NCBI GenBank assembly: GCA_910587515.1
Contig: CAJULW010000028.1
Location: 3,544 to 67,543 of the forward strand
Length of the DNA: 64,000 nucleotides
Source of the DNA: an uncultured Duncaniella sp.
GTDB lineage: Bacteria > Bacteroidota > Bacteroidia > Bacteroidales > Muribaculaceae
Direction of reading: 5' to 3'
The first letter of the stretch is position 1. Each line of letters begins with the position of its first letter. Shown here piece by piece: positions 29,913-39,671 of this stretch. Below the pieces are notes generated by a model. That model was not told the DNA's origin. It did no database searches and saw nothing but the letters and a program-made list of their open reading frames with translations. The translations under genes and the position numbers were made by a program.

Positions 29913-31499
29913 ATGAAAAAGAAATTAGTATCCTTGGCAACATTCGTCGCATTGGCGTTCAGTTCTGTTGCGGAGACTGAAACCTTCAGGAATCCTATAT
30001 TGACGGGAATGAATCCGGATCCGAGTATTTGTAGGGTCGGTGATGATTTTTATCTTGTCACATCGACATTCGAATATTATCCCGGACTGCCGATATATCA
30101 CAGTAAGGATCTGGTCAATTGGCGTATTATCGGACATGCGTTGGCTACGCCTCAAAGCAACCCTTTGAAAGGTGCTGGGACATCAGGCGGTCAGTATGCA
30201 CCGACTTTACGTTATCATGACGGTATGTTTTATATAATAGGAACCAATTACGGTGGAGAGGGATCTCACGGTATTTCTATAGTGAGCGCCAAGGACCCTG
30301 CAGGACCTTGGTCGGATCCTGTATGGATGGATCAATGGTGGGTAGACCCATCAATTGATTTTTATGACGGCAAAACATACTATTTGAGTCCCGACAATGC
30401 TGGCGGATTCTTACTTGGAACTGTCGATGTCAAAACCGGCAAAGATATAGAGGCGCGCCGTAAGGTGGCATCCGGTCTTGGAGGTTCATCCCCGGAAGGT
30501 CCCCATTTTTATAAAATAGGTGATTATTACTATATAATGTCAGCGGAGGGAGGGACCGGCTATGAGCATCGAGAAGTGATTCAGCGCAGCTGGAATCCGT
30601 ATGGCCCATACGAGCCGAGCCCGATAAATCCGGTGCTTTCGAATATGTCTGTTCCCGATCATCCTTTTCAGGCAATAGGCCACGCAGATCTCGTGCAGCT
30701 TCAGGATGGCAGTTGGTGGGCTGTTTGTCTGGGCATACGTCCTCAGAACGGAAAATATCAGCACATAGGTCGTGAAACGTTCCTCGCCCCTGTGACATGG
30801 ACAGCTGACGGATGGCCCAAGGTTGGCAAAGACGGTGTGGTGAAAGAAGAGTATGAGCGACCGAATCTGCCATGGCATCCTTGGGCAAAAGAGCCTGCAC
30901 GAGATGATTTCGATAGTTCTAAACTAAATCTTCATTTCAATTTCCTTCGCAATCCATACGATAAAGATTGGTCATTGACTGCCAATCCTGGATATCTGCG
31001 CCTCAATGGGTCAGCCCTTTCGTTCAAGCAAAATGATTCTCCTGCGTTCGTAGGTCGTCGTCAGACTGCTTTGAATGCAGAAATATCGGCAAAGATGTCG
31101 TTTGTTCCTACGGCCGAAAACGAGGAAGCCGGTCTTGTGATACGAGGTAATGATAAGAATCATTATGACTTGCTTGTGACAAAGCGCGACGGAAAGCGAG
31201 TGGCGATGATGCGTAAATATCTTGACGATAAAGAGAGGGAAGTTAAATATGTCGATGTTCCTGAAGGGGATGTAGTGTTGAATATTGTTTCAACCCCCGG
31301 AGAGTATAAATTTTATGTAAGGAATAAGGATGGGAAGTCACCTCGTCTGGTCGGTTCGGCTTCTACTCGCGATCTGTCAAACGAGGTTATCACAGGTTTT
31401 ACTGGTGTGTACATAGCGATGTATGCGTCGGGTAATGGCAAAGCCAATACAAATCCGGCTGATTTTGACTGGTTTGAATTTATAGAAAAGGACAAGTGA
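29913..31499 (+). CDS. GH43 arabinofuranosidase/xylosidase with C-terminal beta-sandwich
   Basis: NPDPSICRVGDDFY, VDPS, PEGPH, AEGGT, GHADLV and GRETFL. Confidence 0.93.
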   Translation: MKKKLVSLATFVALAFSSVAETETFRNPILTGMNPDPSICRVGDDFYLVTSTFEYYPGLPIYHSKDLVNWRIIGHALATPQSNPLKGAGTSGGQYAPTLRYHDGMFYIIGTNYGGEGSHGISIVSAKDPAGPWSDPVWMDQWWVDPSIDFYDGKTYYLSPDNAGGFLLGTVDVKTGKDIEARRKVASGLGGSSPEGPHFYKIGDYYYIMSAEGGTGYEHREVIQRSWNPYGPYEPSPINPVLSNMSVPDHPFQAIGHADLVQLQDGSWWAVCLGIRPQNGKYQHIGRETFLAPVTWTADGWPKVGKDGVVKEEYERPNLPWHPWAKEPARDDFDSSKLNLHFNFLRNPYDKDWSLTANPGYLRLNGSALSFKQNDSPAFVGRRQTALNAEISAKMSFVPTAENEEAGLVIRGNDKNHYDLLVTKRDGKRVAMMRKYLDDKEREVKYVDVPEGDVVLNIVSTPGEYKFYVRNKDGKSPRLVGSASTRDLSNEVITGFTGVYIAMYASGNGKANTNPADFDWFEFIEKDK

Positions 31500-31524
31500 T
31501 TTTTAGACTGGAGATACCGGTGTT

Positions 31525-33597
31525 ATGAAAAAATATCTGATAGGAGCTCTGGCTCTGACCGCTATGTCGCAGGCTGGTGCGGAATATGTGTTCGACAAGC
31601 CGTTATATGGCGCAGCGTACTACCATGAATATATGCCATATAGCCGTCTCGACAAGGATATCGCAATGATGAAGGAAGCGGGCTTGTCGGTTGTGCGTGT
31701 CGGAGAATCATCCTGGGGACTGTTCGAGCCTCGGGAAGGGGTGTTTGAATTTGAATGGATGGACACCATAGTAAATAAATTTCATGCAGCCGGTATAAAG
31801 GTCATACTTGGAACACCTACTTATTCTATACCCTCATGGCTTGCCCATAAGCATCCCGAAGTGCTCTCGGAGAAAATGAACGGTGAAAAATCATATTATG
31901 GCATACGTCAGAATATGGATTTTACAAATCCAACTTATAAGTTTTATAGCGAGCGAATTATAAGAAATATGATGGAGCGCTACGCCTCTCATCCGGCTAT
32001 AATCGGCTATCAGGTCGATAACGAACTTGAAGCAAGGGGAATAAACAACCGTGATTATTTCATCGGATTTCGCAATCATGTCAAAGACAAATTCGGTGGA
32101 GACCTTAAACTCCTGACAAAAGAGTGGGGGATGAATTATTGGGGAATGAATATCAATGCATGGGAGGAATTCTATGTGCGCGACGGGGTGACGAATCCTG
32201 CATACAAAAATGAATGGGAGCGTTACAACCGCAAGCAGATAGCCGATTTTCTGAATTGGCAGTGTGATATAGTGAATGAATATAAGCGTCCAGATCAGTT
32301 CGTGACCCATTGTTTTATGCCGGCTTTCCATACTGTGGATCAAGTTGAATCGTTCCGGCAGATGGAATATCCTGCGATAAATGTATATCATGGCGTACAG
32401 GATGGGCAGGACGGACAACTCATAGCGTATGCAGGCGATTTCATGAGGAGTGTGGCTGACAATAATTATCTCATCACCGAAACAAATGCGCAAGGAACCG
32501 GCTGGGATTCAGCGGGACAGTATCCTCCATACGACAATCAACTGCGTCAGAACGTCTACTCTCACTATGCTTCCGGTGCGAATATGGTGGAGTATTGGCA
32601 TTGGGCGACTCTTCACTATGGTCAGGAGACATATTGGCGCGGGGTTCTTGGTCATGACTTGGAGCCGAACAGGATTTATCGTGAATTCCAGCGTACGGCC
32701 TCGGAACTTGACAGGATAGGTAAGGATATTGTAAATTTGAAAAAAGACAATAAGGTCGCAATATTGTATAGTCACGATTCGCATCACGCTCTTGGCTTCA
32801 TGCCTCATTCACATGGCGGAGGCTATCCGACAGACAGCAATTATCCTGTCCACATAGCCCATCGTGCCTTGTATTTTCAGAATATAGAGACCGATATCGT
32901 TCCGTGTGATCGTGTGTGTGATTTCAGTCGCTACTCGATGCTCGTTGTTCCTCCGCTTTATGTAGCTTCTGACAGTCTTCTTTCGGCCATAGACGGTTTC
33001 GTGAAAAATGGCGGTACGGTTGTGATGATGCATAAGAGCGCGTATTGCAACGAGCATTCGGCTGTCAGACCGGTATGTGCTCCAGGCCCATTGCGCAAGG
33101 CTTGCGGTTTCTATTATCAGGAATATTCAACCATAGGAGACATGAAGCTTAGAGACGATGCTTTTGGTCTTGGAGACAGTAAGAGCATCGGCACATGGTA
33201 TGAATTCCTTATCCCTGAAACCGCTAAACCATTGGCATACGCTGATCATCCTTTTTTTGGACAATGGCCTGCGGTTACAGAAAATGAATATGGGAAAGGC
33301 AAACTTTACTATATCGGGACATATCCTTCACAGGAATTAATGAATAAGATCGTGAGGCTTGCCGCTATTGACAAAGGTTTGATTTCCGACGGTGCTTATG
33401 TGTTCCCGATAATAACGAGATCCGGTAAAAACGGACAAGGGAAAAAGATCGACTATATATTCAATTACAGTGGAGTTGCCGTAAACGTTCCGAATCGTTT
33501 TGGCGCGGTGAAAGAACTGCTTACAGGAGAGACCTTAAGTGGTGGCGACAGCATAGATCTCGCACCGTGGGGCGTAGCTATACTATGTAGAAAGTAG
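31525..33597 (+). CDS. GH42-type beta-galactosidase
   Basis: YGAAYYHEY, VVRVGESSW..FEP, YQVDNE and ITETNA; trimerisation-like domain. Confidence 0.85.
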   Translation: MKKYLIGALALTAMSQAGAEYVFDKPLYGAAYYHEYMPYSRLDKDIAMMKEAGLSVVRVGESSWGLFEPREGVFEFEWMDTIVNKFHAAGIKVILGTPTYSIPSWLAHKHPEVLSEKMNGEKSYYGIRQNMDFTNPTYKFYSERIIRNMMERYASHPAIIGYQVDNELEARGINNRDYFIGFRNHVKDKFGGDLKLLTKEWGMNYWGMNINAWEEFYVRDGVTNPAYKNEWERYNRKQIADFLNWQCDIVNEYKRPDQFVTHCFMPAFHTVDQVESFRQMEYPAINVYHGVQDGQDGQLIAYAGDFMRSVADNNYLITETNAQGTGWDSAGQYPPYDNQLRQNVYSHYASGANMVEYWHWATLHYGQETYWRGVLGHDLEPNRIYREFQRTASELDRIGKDIVNLKKDNKVAILYSHDSHHALGFMPHSHGGGYPTDSNYPVHIAHRALYFQNIETDIVPCDRVCDFSRYSMLVVPPLYVASDSLLSAIDGFVKNGGTVVMMHKSAYCNEHSAVRPVCAPGPLRKACGFYYQEYSTIGDMKLRDDAFGLGDSKSIGTWYEFLIPETAKPLAYADHPFFGQWPAVTENEYGKGKLYYIGTYPSQELMNKIVRLAAIDKGLISDGAYVFPIITRSGKNGQGKKIDYIFNYSGVAVNVPNRFGAVKELLTGETLSGGDSIDLAPWGVAILCRK

Positions 33598-33609
33598 CAT
33601 AAGAAATAA

Positions 33610-36360
33610 ATGAACCGTATAACAGCTTTCATAATTGCCTGTCTGACGGGGATATATTCCCTGTCAGCAGGCTCTTTGCTTTTATCAGAGACATGCAGGC
33701 ATTATCTTTCGGGCATTGACAAGGATAGTGACATTGAGTGGGAGTTTATGTGTAGTTCTGGCCGTAACAGCGGTAGATGGACAAAGATAAAAGTTCCCTC
33801 CTGCTGGGAGACTCAAGGTTTCGGAACATATTACTATGGTTGGGAAGAACCTCTGGGGACGGATGAAACCGGATATTACCGCCATAAGTTCATGGCCGAC
33901 AAAGCATGGAAAAACGCTCAAGTCGAAATCGTATTTGAAGGAAGTATGACCGACACAGAGGTTAAATTGAACGGACGTAAGATAGGGGAGCCCCATGAGG
34001 GTGGTTTCTATCGTTTCAGTTACGATATCTCCAACCGCTTGAATTATGGGCATGAAAACACTCTTGAAGTGAAAGTAAGGAAATCTCCGGAAAATCCGTC
34101 GATATATCGTGCTGAGCGTCAGTCTGACTTTTGGTTGTTCGGAGGTATATATCGTCCGGTCTATCTTGAGATAAAGCCGTCGCGCCACATAGAGTCTATC
34201 GCCATTGATGCGCGGGCCGACGGTGGCTTGCGAGTGTATCCGTCAGTTGTTTCCATAGATAAAGGTGAGGTAAGGATCCATGTGGAAACTTTGGACGGGA
34301 AACGCGTTTCTGAAGAAATATCTGTGATGCCGGGAGATACATTGTCTACAAAAATAGACGGAATAAAACCATGGTCTCACGAGAGTCCCGCGCTTTATAG
34401 GGTTGTCGCAGAGCTATATGAAAAAGGACGTTTGTGTCATCGGATTTCTGAAAAGATCGGTTTCCGAACGGTGGAATTTCGCCCGGCCGAGGGCTTTTTT
34501 CTTAACGGCCGTCGTATAATATTCAAAGGAGTCAACCGGCATTGTTTTTGGCCGGAAAGCGGACGTACGCTGTCACACCGGATATCTCTCGACGATGCTA
34601 AGCTCATAAAAGATATGAATATGAACGCGGTGCGCATGTCGCATTATCCTCCGGACAAAGATTTTCTTGAAATCTGTGATTCGATCGGACTTCTCGTGAT
34701 AGACGAGCTTTGCTGTTGGCAGAAAAAATATGATGCCTTGACAGCCCGCAGACTGGCAAAATCAATGGTGGAGCGCGACAGGAACCATCCGTCGGTGATA
34801 CTGTGGGCTAATGGCAATGAGGGCGGATGGAATACGGAGGCCGATGATGACTATTGTCTGTATGATCTTCAGAAGCGCTTTGTTATACATCCATGGGAAC
34901 GTTTCAGGGGGACTGACACCAAGCACTATCCCGATTATAATTATGTGGTGAACTCCTCGATCTATGACAGAGACGTGTTTTTCCCGACAGAATTCATGCA
35001 TAGCATTTTCGATGGTGGAGCCGCGTCGTCTCTAAGTGATTTTTGGGATATGATGATGAAACACCGTGCTCCAGCCGGAGGATTCATCTGGGCTTTGATC
35101 GATGAGGGGCTTGTTAGGTCGGACATGAACGACAGTATAGATTGCCGGGGTGACCTTGCGCCTGACGGTATCTTAGGTCCGCACCGTGAAAAAGAGGGTA
35201 GCTTTTATGCGGTCAGAGAAATATGGTCACCCGTAAAGATCGTAGAGCGGGTGTTGCCGTCGAGAGGTGCTTTGTCTCTCGGTATTGAAAACGACTATAT
35301 GTTTACCAACCTTTCTGAGTGTGGCTTTTCATACACGTTGTATGATTTGTCGCGCACGGACCATGATGGACTGGGATGTCGTGTCGCGGATAGAGGTGGT
35401 CTTGTGTCGCCTTCGGTCGCTCCCGGTGAGCGTAGGGTGGTAGATTTTAAACTTCCCGATGATTGGCGTGCCCATGATATACTTGAAATCGCAGTGACAG
35501 ACCCATCCGGACGGATGGTCTATTCGTACAGCAAGCCTATCGATAACGGTGATAGGCTTAATGTCAGTCTTGTCGGTAAAAAGGACAATATATCTGTAAA
35601 AGTCCTCGAAGATTCATTGACGCTTACAGTTGTTCAAAACGATTTTCATTATGTTTTTAGCAAATCTACAGGAATGCTTGACGGGATCGACACTCCGTCT
35701 GGACATATCTCATTGCATGGAGGCCCTGCGGTGGCCACGAGTGGCAATCGGTTGAAAGAAATCGTTCACTATGCCGACGGTCCGTCATATATCGTAGAGC
35801 CGCGTTTCGATGAGAGCCAATGGATACGATGGATATTCTCACCCGATGAAGCCCCGAGGATCGACTATACGTTTTCGGTCAATGGCGAAACGGATTATAT
35901 CGGTATAGGATTTTGCTATCCGGAAGAAAAAATACGTTCCATGAGGTGGATAGGAGCTGGTCCCTATCGTGTGTGGAAAAACCGTCTCGAAGGAGTCGGC
36001 TTCGGTCTTCATTCTAAAAAATATAACGATACCGCCACTGGTGAATCATGGGATTATCCTGAATTCAAGGGCTATCATTCCGATTGCAGGGCAGTGACAT
36101 TGACTACGACAGAGGGTGAGTTTACATTGGTTCCTTCGCGTCCGGAATTGTTTCTCCAGATGCTAAGGACCCGAAAACCTACGTCGTCCGGCAACGAGTA
36201 CACCACTCCTCCTTTCCCATCTACCGATATAGGATTCATGCATGCCATACCGGCCATAGGCACTAAATTTCAATCCCCATCTCAGCTTGGCCCATCCGGA
36301 CAGAAAAACATGCAGTTGAACTATACGCCTGTGAGCGGTTCGATACATCTTATAATCTGA
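33610..36360 (+). CDS. GH2 beta-galactosidase-like hydrolase
   Basis: GGIYRPV, KGVNRH, NAVRMSHYP, NHPSVILWANGNE and PTEFMH. Confidence 0.92.
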   Translation: MNRITAFIIACLTGIYSLSAGSLLLSETCRHYLSGIDKDSDIEWEFMCSSGRNSGRWTKIKVPSCWETQGFGTYYYGWEEPLGTDETGYYRHKFMADKAWKNAQVEIVFEGSMTDTEVKLNGRKIGEPHEGGFYRFSYDISNRLNYGHENTLEVKVRKSPENPSIYRAERQSDFWLFGGIYRPVYLEIKPSRHIESIAIDARADGGLRVYPSVVSIDKGEVRIHVETLDGKRVSEEISVMPGDTLSTKIDGIKPWSHESPALYRVVAELYEKGRLCHRISEKIGFRTVEFRPAEGFFLNGRRIIFKGVNRHCFWPESGRTLSHRISLDDAKLIKDMNMNAVRMSHYPPDKDFLEICDSIGLLVIDELCCWQKKYDALTARRLAKSMVERDRNHPSVILWANGNEGGWNTEADDDYCLYDLQKRFVIHPWERFRGTDTKHYPDYNYVVNSSIYDRDVFFPTEFMHSIFDGGAASSLSDFWDMMMKHRAPAGGFIWALIDEGLVRSDMNDSIDCRGDLAPDGILGPHREKEGSFYAVREIWSPVKIVERVLPSRGALSLGIENDYMFTNLSECGFSYTLYDLSRTDHDGLGCRVADRGGLVSPSVAPGERRVVDFKLPDDWRAHDILEIAVTDPSGRMVYSYSKPIDNGDRLNVSLVGKKDNISVKVLEDSLTLTVVQNDFHYVFSKSTGMLDGIDTPSGHISLHGGPAVATSGNRLKEIVHYADGPSYIVEPRFDESQWIRWIFSPDEAPRIDYTFSVNGETDYIGIGFCYPEEKIRSMRWIGAGPYRVWKNRLEGVGFGLHSKKYNDTATGESWDYPEFKGYHSDCRAVTLTTTEGEFTLVPSRPELFLQMLRTRKPTSSGNEYTTPPFPSTDIGFMHAIPAIGTKFQSPSQLGPSGQKNMQLNYTPVSGSIHLII

Positions 36361-36397
36361 CATCGACTTATCTCTAAACTTAACACCTTAAATTATA

Positions 36398-38011
36398 ATG
36401 ATTGAAAACAGATTGCGCAATCTAACCCTTGCCGTAACGGTGACAGTGTCTGCTTTCTCTGCTTTTGCCGGGCGGGATGATGCGGAACAAGGAAAATTCA
36501 AACCTACATGGGAATCGCTGTCTCAATACGAGACACCGGAATGGTTCCGTAATGCGAAGTTCGGAATATGGGCACATTGGGGCCCTCAATGTCAGCCAGA
36601 GTCAGGCGACTGGTATGGTCGAGGCATGTACGAGGAAGGTGGACATGCTTATAAAAAGCATATTGAACTCTACGGACATCCGTCGGAATTCGGTTTCAAG
36701 GACGTAATAAACGAATGGAAAGCTGACAAATGGGAGCCTGAAAGACTTGTAGCTCTTTACAAAAAAGTAGGTGCGCAATATTTCTTTGCGATGGGCAACC
36801 ATCATGACAATATGGACCTATGGGACAGTAAATATCAGCCTTGGAATTCGGTGAACATGGGACCCAAGCGTGACATCCTTGCCGAATGGGAGAAGGCTTC
36901 CCGCAAATACGGATTGCCCTTTGGTGTAAGCATCCATTCTTCCCATGCGTGGACATGGTATGAGACCGCACAGGGAGCGGACAAGACCGGCCCTTATGCC
37001 GGTGTGTCCTACGATGCGCGGGTAGTCACGAAAGAGGACGGCAAAGGCAAGTGGTGGGAAGGTTACGACCCGCAGGAACTTTATGTGCAAAAACATTCTC
37101 TGAGTGGTCATGCCTGGAGTGTGTGGGATTGGCCGGAAGGTACTTCGAAGCCCACACAGGAGTATTACGATAATTTCTTCAACCGTACAGTCGATATGAT
37201 CAACCGCTATAACCCGGATCTGATCTATTTTGACGATAGCGTGTTGCCGTTTTGGCCTATCGACAATACCGGACTCGATGTCGTCGCTCACTATTACAAT
37301 CGTAATATGAGGCTTCACGGTGGCGAACTGTCAGCGGTCGTGTTTGGAAAGAAACTTCAGGACAGCCACAAGGAGGCTATCGTGTGGGATGTTGAGAAGG
37401 GTGTTCCGTCGGAAGCCCAAGCAAAACCGTGGCAGACCTGTACATGTCTCGGCAATTGGCATTACGACCGCTCATGCTATGTCGACAATTGGTATAAGTC
37501 TGCCAAGACCGTTATCCACATGCTCATAGATATAGTGAGCAAGAACGGTAATATGCTGCTTAGCGTCCCTATTAAAGGAGATGGCTCTATCGATGACAAG
37601 GAAGAAAAAATTCTTGAAGACATAGCCGCCTGGATGGATATAAATAAGGAAGGGATTTTCGATACAAGGCCATGGTCGGTCTATGGCGAGGGTCCGTCTA
37701 CTGAAAACACAGTCCCGCTTGACGGTGCCGGTTTTAATGAAAGCAAAAAGGAACCGTATACTTCTGCCGATATCCGCTTCGTAGAGAAAAAAGGCGCTCT
37801 TTATGCCCATGTGTTCGAATGGCCTGCCGATGGTCGTCTGCTTATAAAAACTCTTGCCGACGGATCTTCTAAATTCAAAGGCAAGATAAAAAAAGTGGAA
37901 CTGCTTGGAGCCGGAAAGGTGAAATTCAATCGTACGGCTGATGGACTTGTGGTCAATTTACCGGAAGGTAAGAAACCGAACGACATTTCGTTAGTGCTGA
38001 AAATCAAATAA
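36398..38011 (+). CDS. GH29 alpha-L-fucosidase
   Basis: PEWFRNAKFGIWAHWG, HHD, DLIYFD and DIVSKNGNMLL. Confidence 0.92.
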   Translation: MIENRLRNLTLAVTVTVSAFSAFAGRDDAEQGKFKPTWESLSQYETPEWFRNAKFGIWAHWGPQCQPESGDWYGRGMYEEGGHAYKKHIELYGHPSEFGFKDVINEWKADKWEPERLVALYKKVGAQYFFAMGNHHDNMDLWDSKYQPWNSVNMGPKRDILAEWEKASRKYGLPFGVSIHSSHAWTWYETAQGADKTGPYAGVSYDARVVTKEDGKGKWWEGYDPQELYVQKHSLSGHAWSVWDWPEGTSKPTQEYYDNFFNRTVDMINRYNPDLIYFDDSVLPFWPIDNTGLDVVAHYYNRNMRLHGGELSAVVFGKKLQDSHKEAIVWDVEKGVPSEAQAKPWQTCTCLGNWHYDRSCYVDNWYKSAKTVIHMLIDIVSKNGNMLLSVPIKGDGSIDDKEEKILEDIAAWMDINKEGIFDTRPWSVYGEGPSTENTVPLDGAGFNESKKEPYTSADIRFVEKKGALYAHVFEWPADGRLLIKTLADGSSKFKGKIKKVELLGAGKVKFNRTADGLVVNLPEGKKPNDISLVLKIK

Positions 38012-38032
38012 TAAGATATAGGAAAATTAGCG

Positions 38033-39469
38033 ATGAAAAAAACTCTTTTATTGGCTTTGGGGTTGGCAATTGCCTCTTCTGCCAGCGCGGAGATCGAGTT
38101 GCCGGATATTTTCAGTGACAACATGGTTTTGCAGCAAAATTCTGACGCCCGTTTGTGGGGTTGGAGCAGTCCGGGAGCAAAAATCTCTGTAAAACCGAGT
38201 TGGAATGGCAAGACTTACAGTGCCAAAGCCGGTGACGACGGTCGTTGGGATTTGTCGGTCGCTACTCCCGAGGCCACTTATACACCGCAGACTATAATAT
38301 TCAAAGGCGACGGTTCGGAAGTCGAACTTAAAAATATCCTTGTCGGTGAGGTGTGGTTCTGTTCCGGACAATCGAATATGGAAATGCCGTTGAAAGGTTT
38401 TTGGTGTCAGCCGGTTGAGAATGGAGGCCGAGCAATCGCTTATTCAGGCAGATATCCCGGAGTGCGTGTCGCTACAGTGACGCGCTGCGGTGACTATGAG
38501 CCTCAGTCGAAAGTCGTTGGCAAATGGCAGGAGAGCAAACCGGAGAATGCAGGTGAGTTCTCTGCGGTGGCATATTTTTTCGCGCGTTCTCTCAATGATA
38601 TTCTCGGAGTGCCTGTAGGTGTTATCAACTGTTCTCTCGGTGGCAGTCAGGTTGAGGGATGGATGCCGAAATGGAAACTCGACCAATATCCCGACTGTGA
38701 CGTGGCCAAAGAGAAAGCGACCGCTGACTCCGTCCTGCATCTTTGGGAGAGAATAAACGTGATGTACAATGCCATGCTTCATCCTCTTGTCGGCTATACA
38801 GTCAAAGGATTTTTATGGAATCAGGGCGAGGCGAATGTTGGCCGGCATATATCCTATCCGTCACGTCTTGCCGACATGGTTAAAATCTGGCGTGACGAAT
38901 GGCGTCAGGGAGAGCTGCCATTTTATTTCGTTGAGATTCCGGCGTGGAGCTATGGTAATCCTGAAGGTTCGATAGCTGCACTGCTGCGGGAGGCACAGCA
39001 CAAGGCCGCTGATATTATTCCCAATAGCGGATATGTCAGCACGACCGATTTGATTTATCCTCACGAGATCAACGATATCCATGGATCTAAAAAGGAAGAG
39101 ATCGGAGAACGTCTTGCGTTTCTTGCGGCAAACCGTACGTATTGTCTGAACGGTATCGATACGGACTATCCGGTTTACAAATCAGTTGACCTTCAAGGAA
39201 ACAGGGCGATAGTGCATCTCGATAACATGGAAAACGGTCTGACTCCGAACGGAGAGCTTGACGGTTTTGAGGTTGCCGGTGATGATAGGATTTTCCATCC
39301 TGCGAAAGCCAAGGAACTATGGTATAATCGTGCTATCGAAGTTTCGTCCGACAAGGTCGATGATATAAAAGCCGTGCGCTATTGTTTCAAAAACTTTTCG
39401 ATAGGCAACATTCACAATATGAAAGGTCTTCCGCTTGTGCCTTTCCGAACGGATGATTGGATTGAATAA
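38033..39469 (+). CDS. SGNH O-acetylesterase (sialate O-acetylesterase annotation; CE20-like)
   Basis: FSDNMVLQQ, GEVWFCSGQSNME, WNQGEAN, DIH and GLPLVPFRTD. Confidence 0.88.
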   Translation: MKKTLLLALGLAIASSASAEIELPDIFSDNMVLQQNSDARLWGWSSPGAKISVKPSWNGKTYSAKAGDDGRWDLSVATPEATYTPQTIIFKGDGSEVELKNILVGEVWFCSGQSNMEMPLKGFWCQPVENGGRAIAYSGRYPGVRVATVTRCGDYEPQSKVVGKWQESKPENAGEFSAVAYFFARSLNDILGVPVGVINCSLGGSQVEGWMPKWKLDQYPDCDVAKEKATADSVLHLWERINVMYNAMLHPLVGYTVKGFLWNQGEANVGRHISYPSRLADMVKIWRDEWRQGELPFYFVEIPAWSYGNPEGSIAALLREAQHKAADIIPNSGYVSTTDLIYPHEINDIHGSKKEEIGERLAFLAANRTYCLNGIDTDYPVYKSVDLQGNRAIVHLDNMENGLTPNGELDGFEVAGDDRIFHPAKAKELWYNRAIEVSSDKVDDIKAVRYCFKNFSIGNIHNMKGLPLVPFRTDDWIE

Positions 39470-39619
39470 TATGTTGGATAACATATATTTCAACAAATAT
39501 TCACTCGTATTAACAAATTTGCATCTATTTTAGAACAATTATTGATTGTATCTTTCTTTGCGCACTGTCATATAGTTAACAAAGATTAAATGCCATGGAG
39601 CTTATTAGCGGTAAATTTG
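39469..39619 (+). promoter_or_regulatory. susC promoter with palindrome and direct repeats
   Basis: ATATGTT-GGAT-AACATAT at 39469-39486; AACAA at 39492, 39512 and 39534; TAAATTTG at 39612-39619. Confidence 0.6.
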
Positions 39620-39671
39620 CTGAGATTGAAAATACAAACACATAATAATTTAACCTCAAATCTTATGAGCA

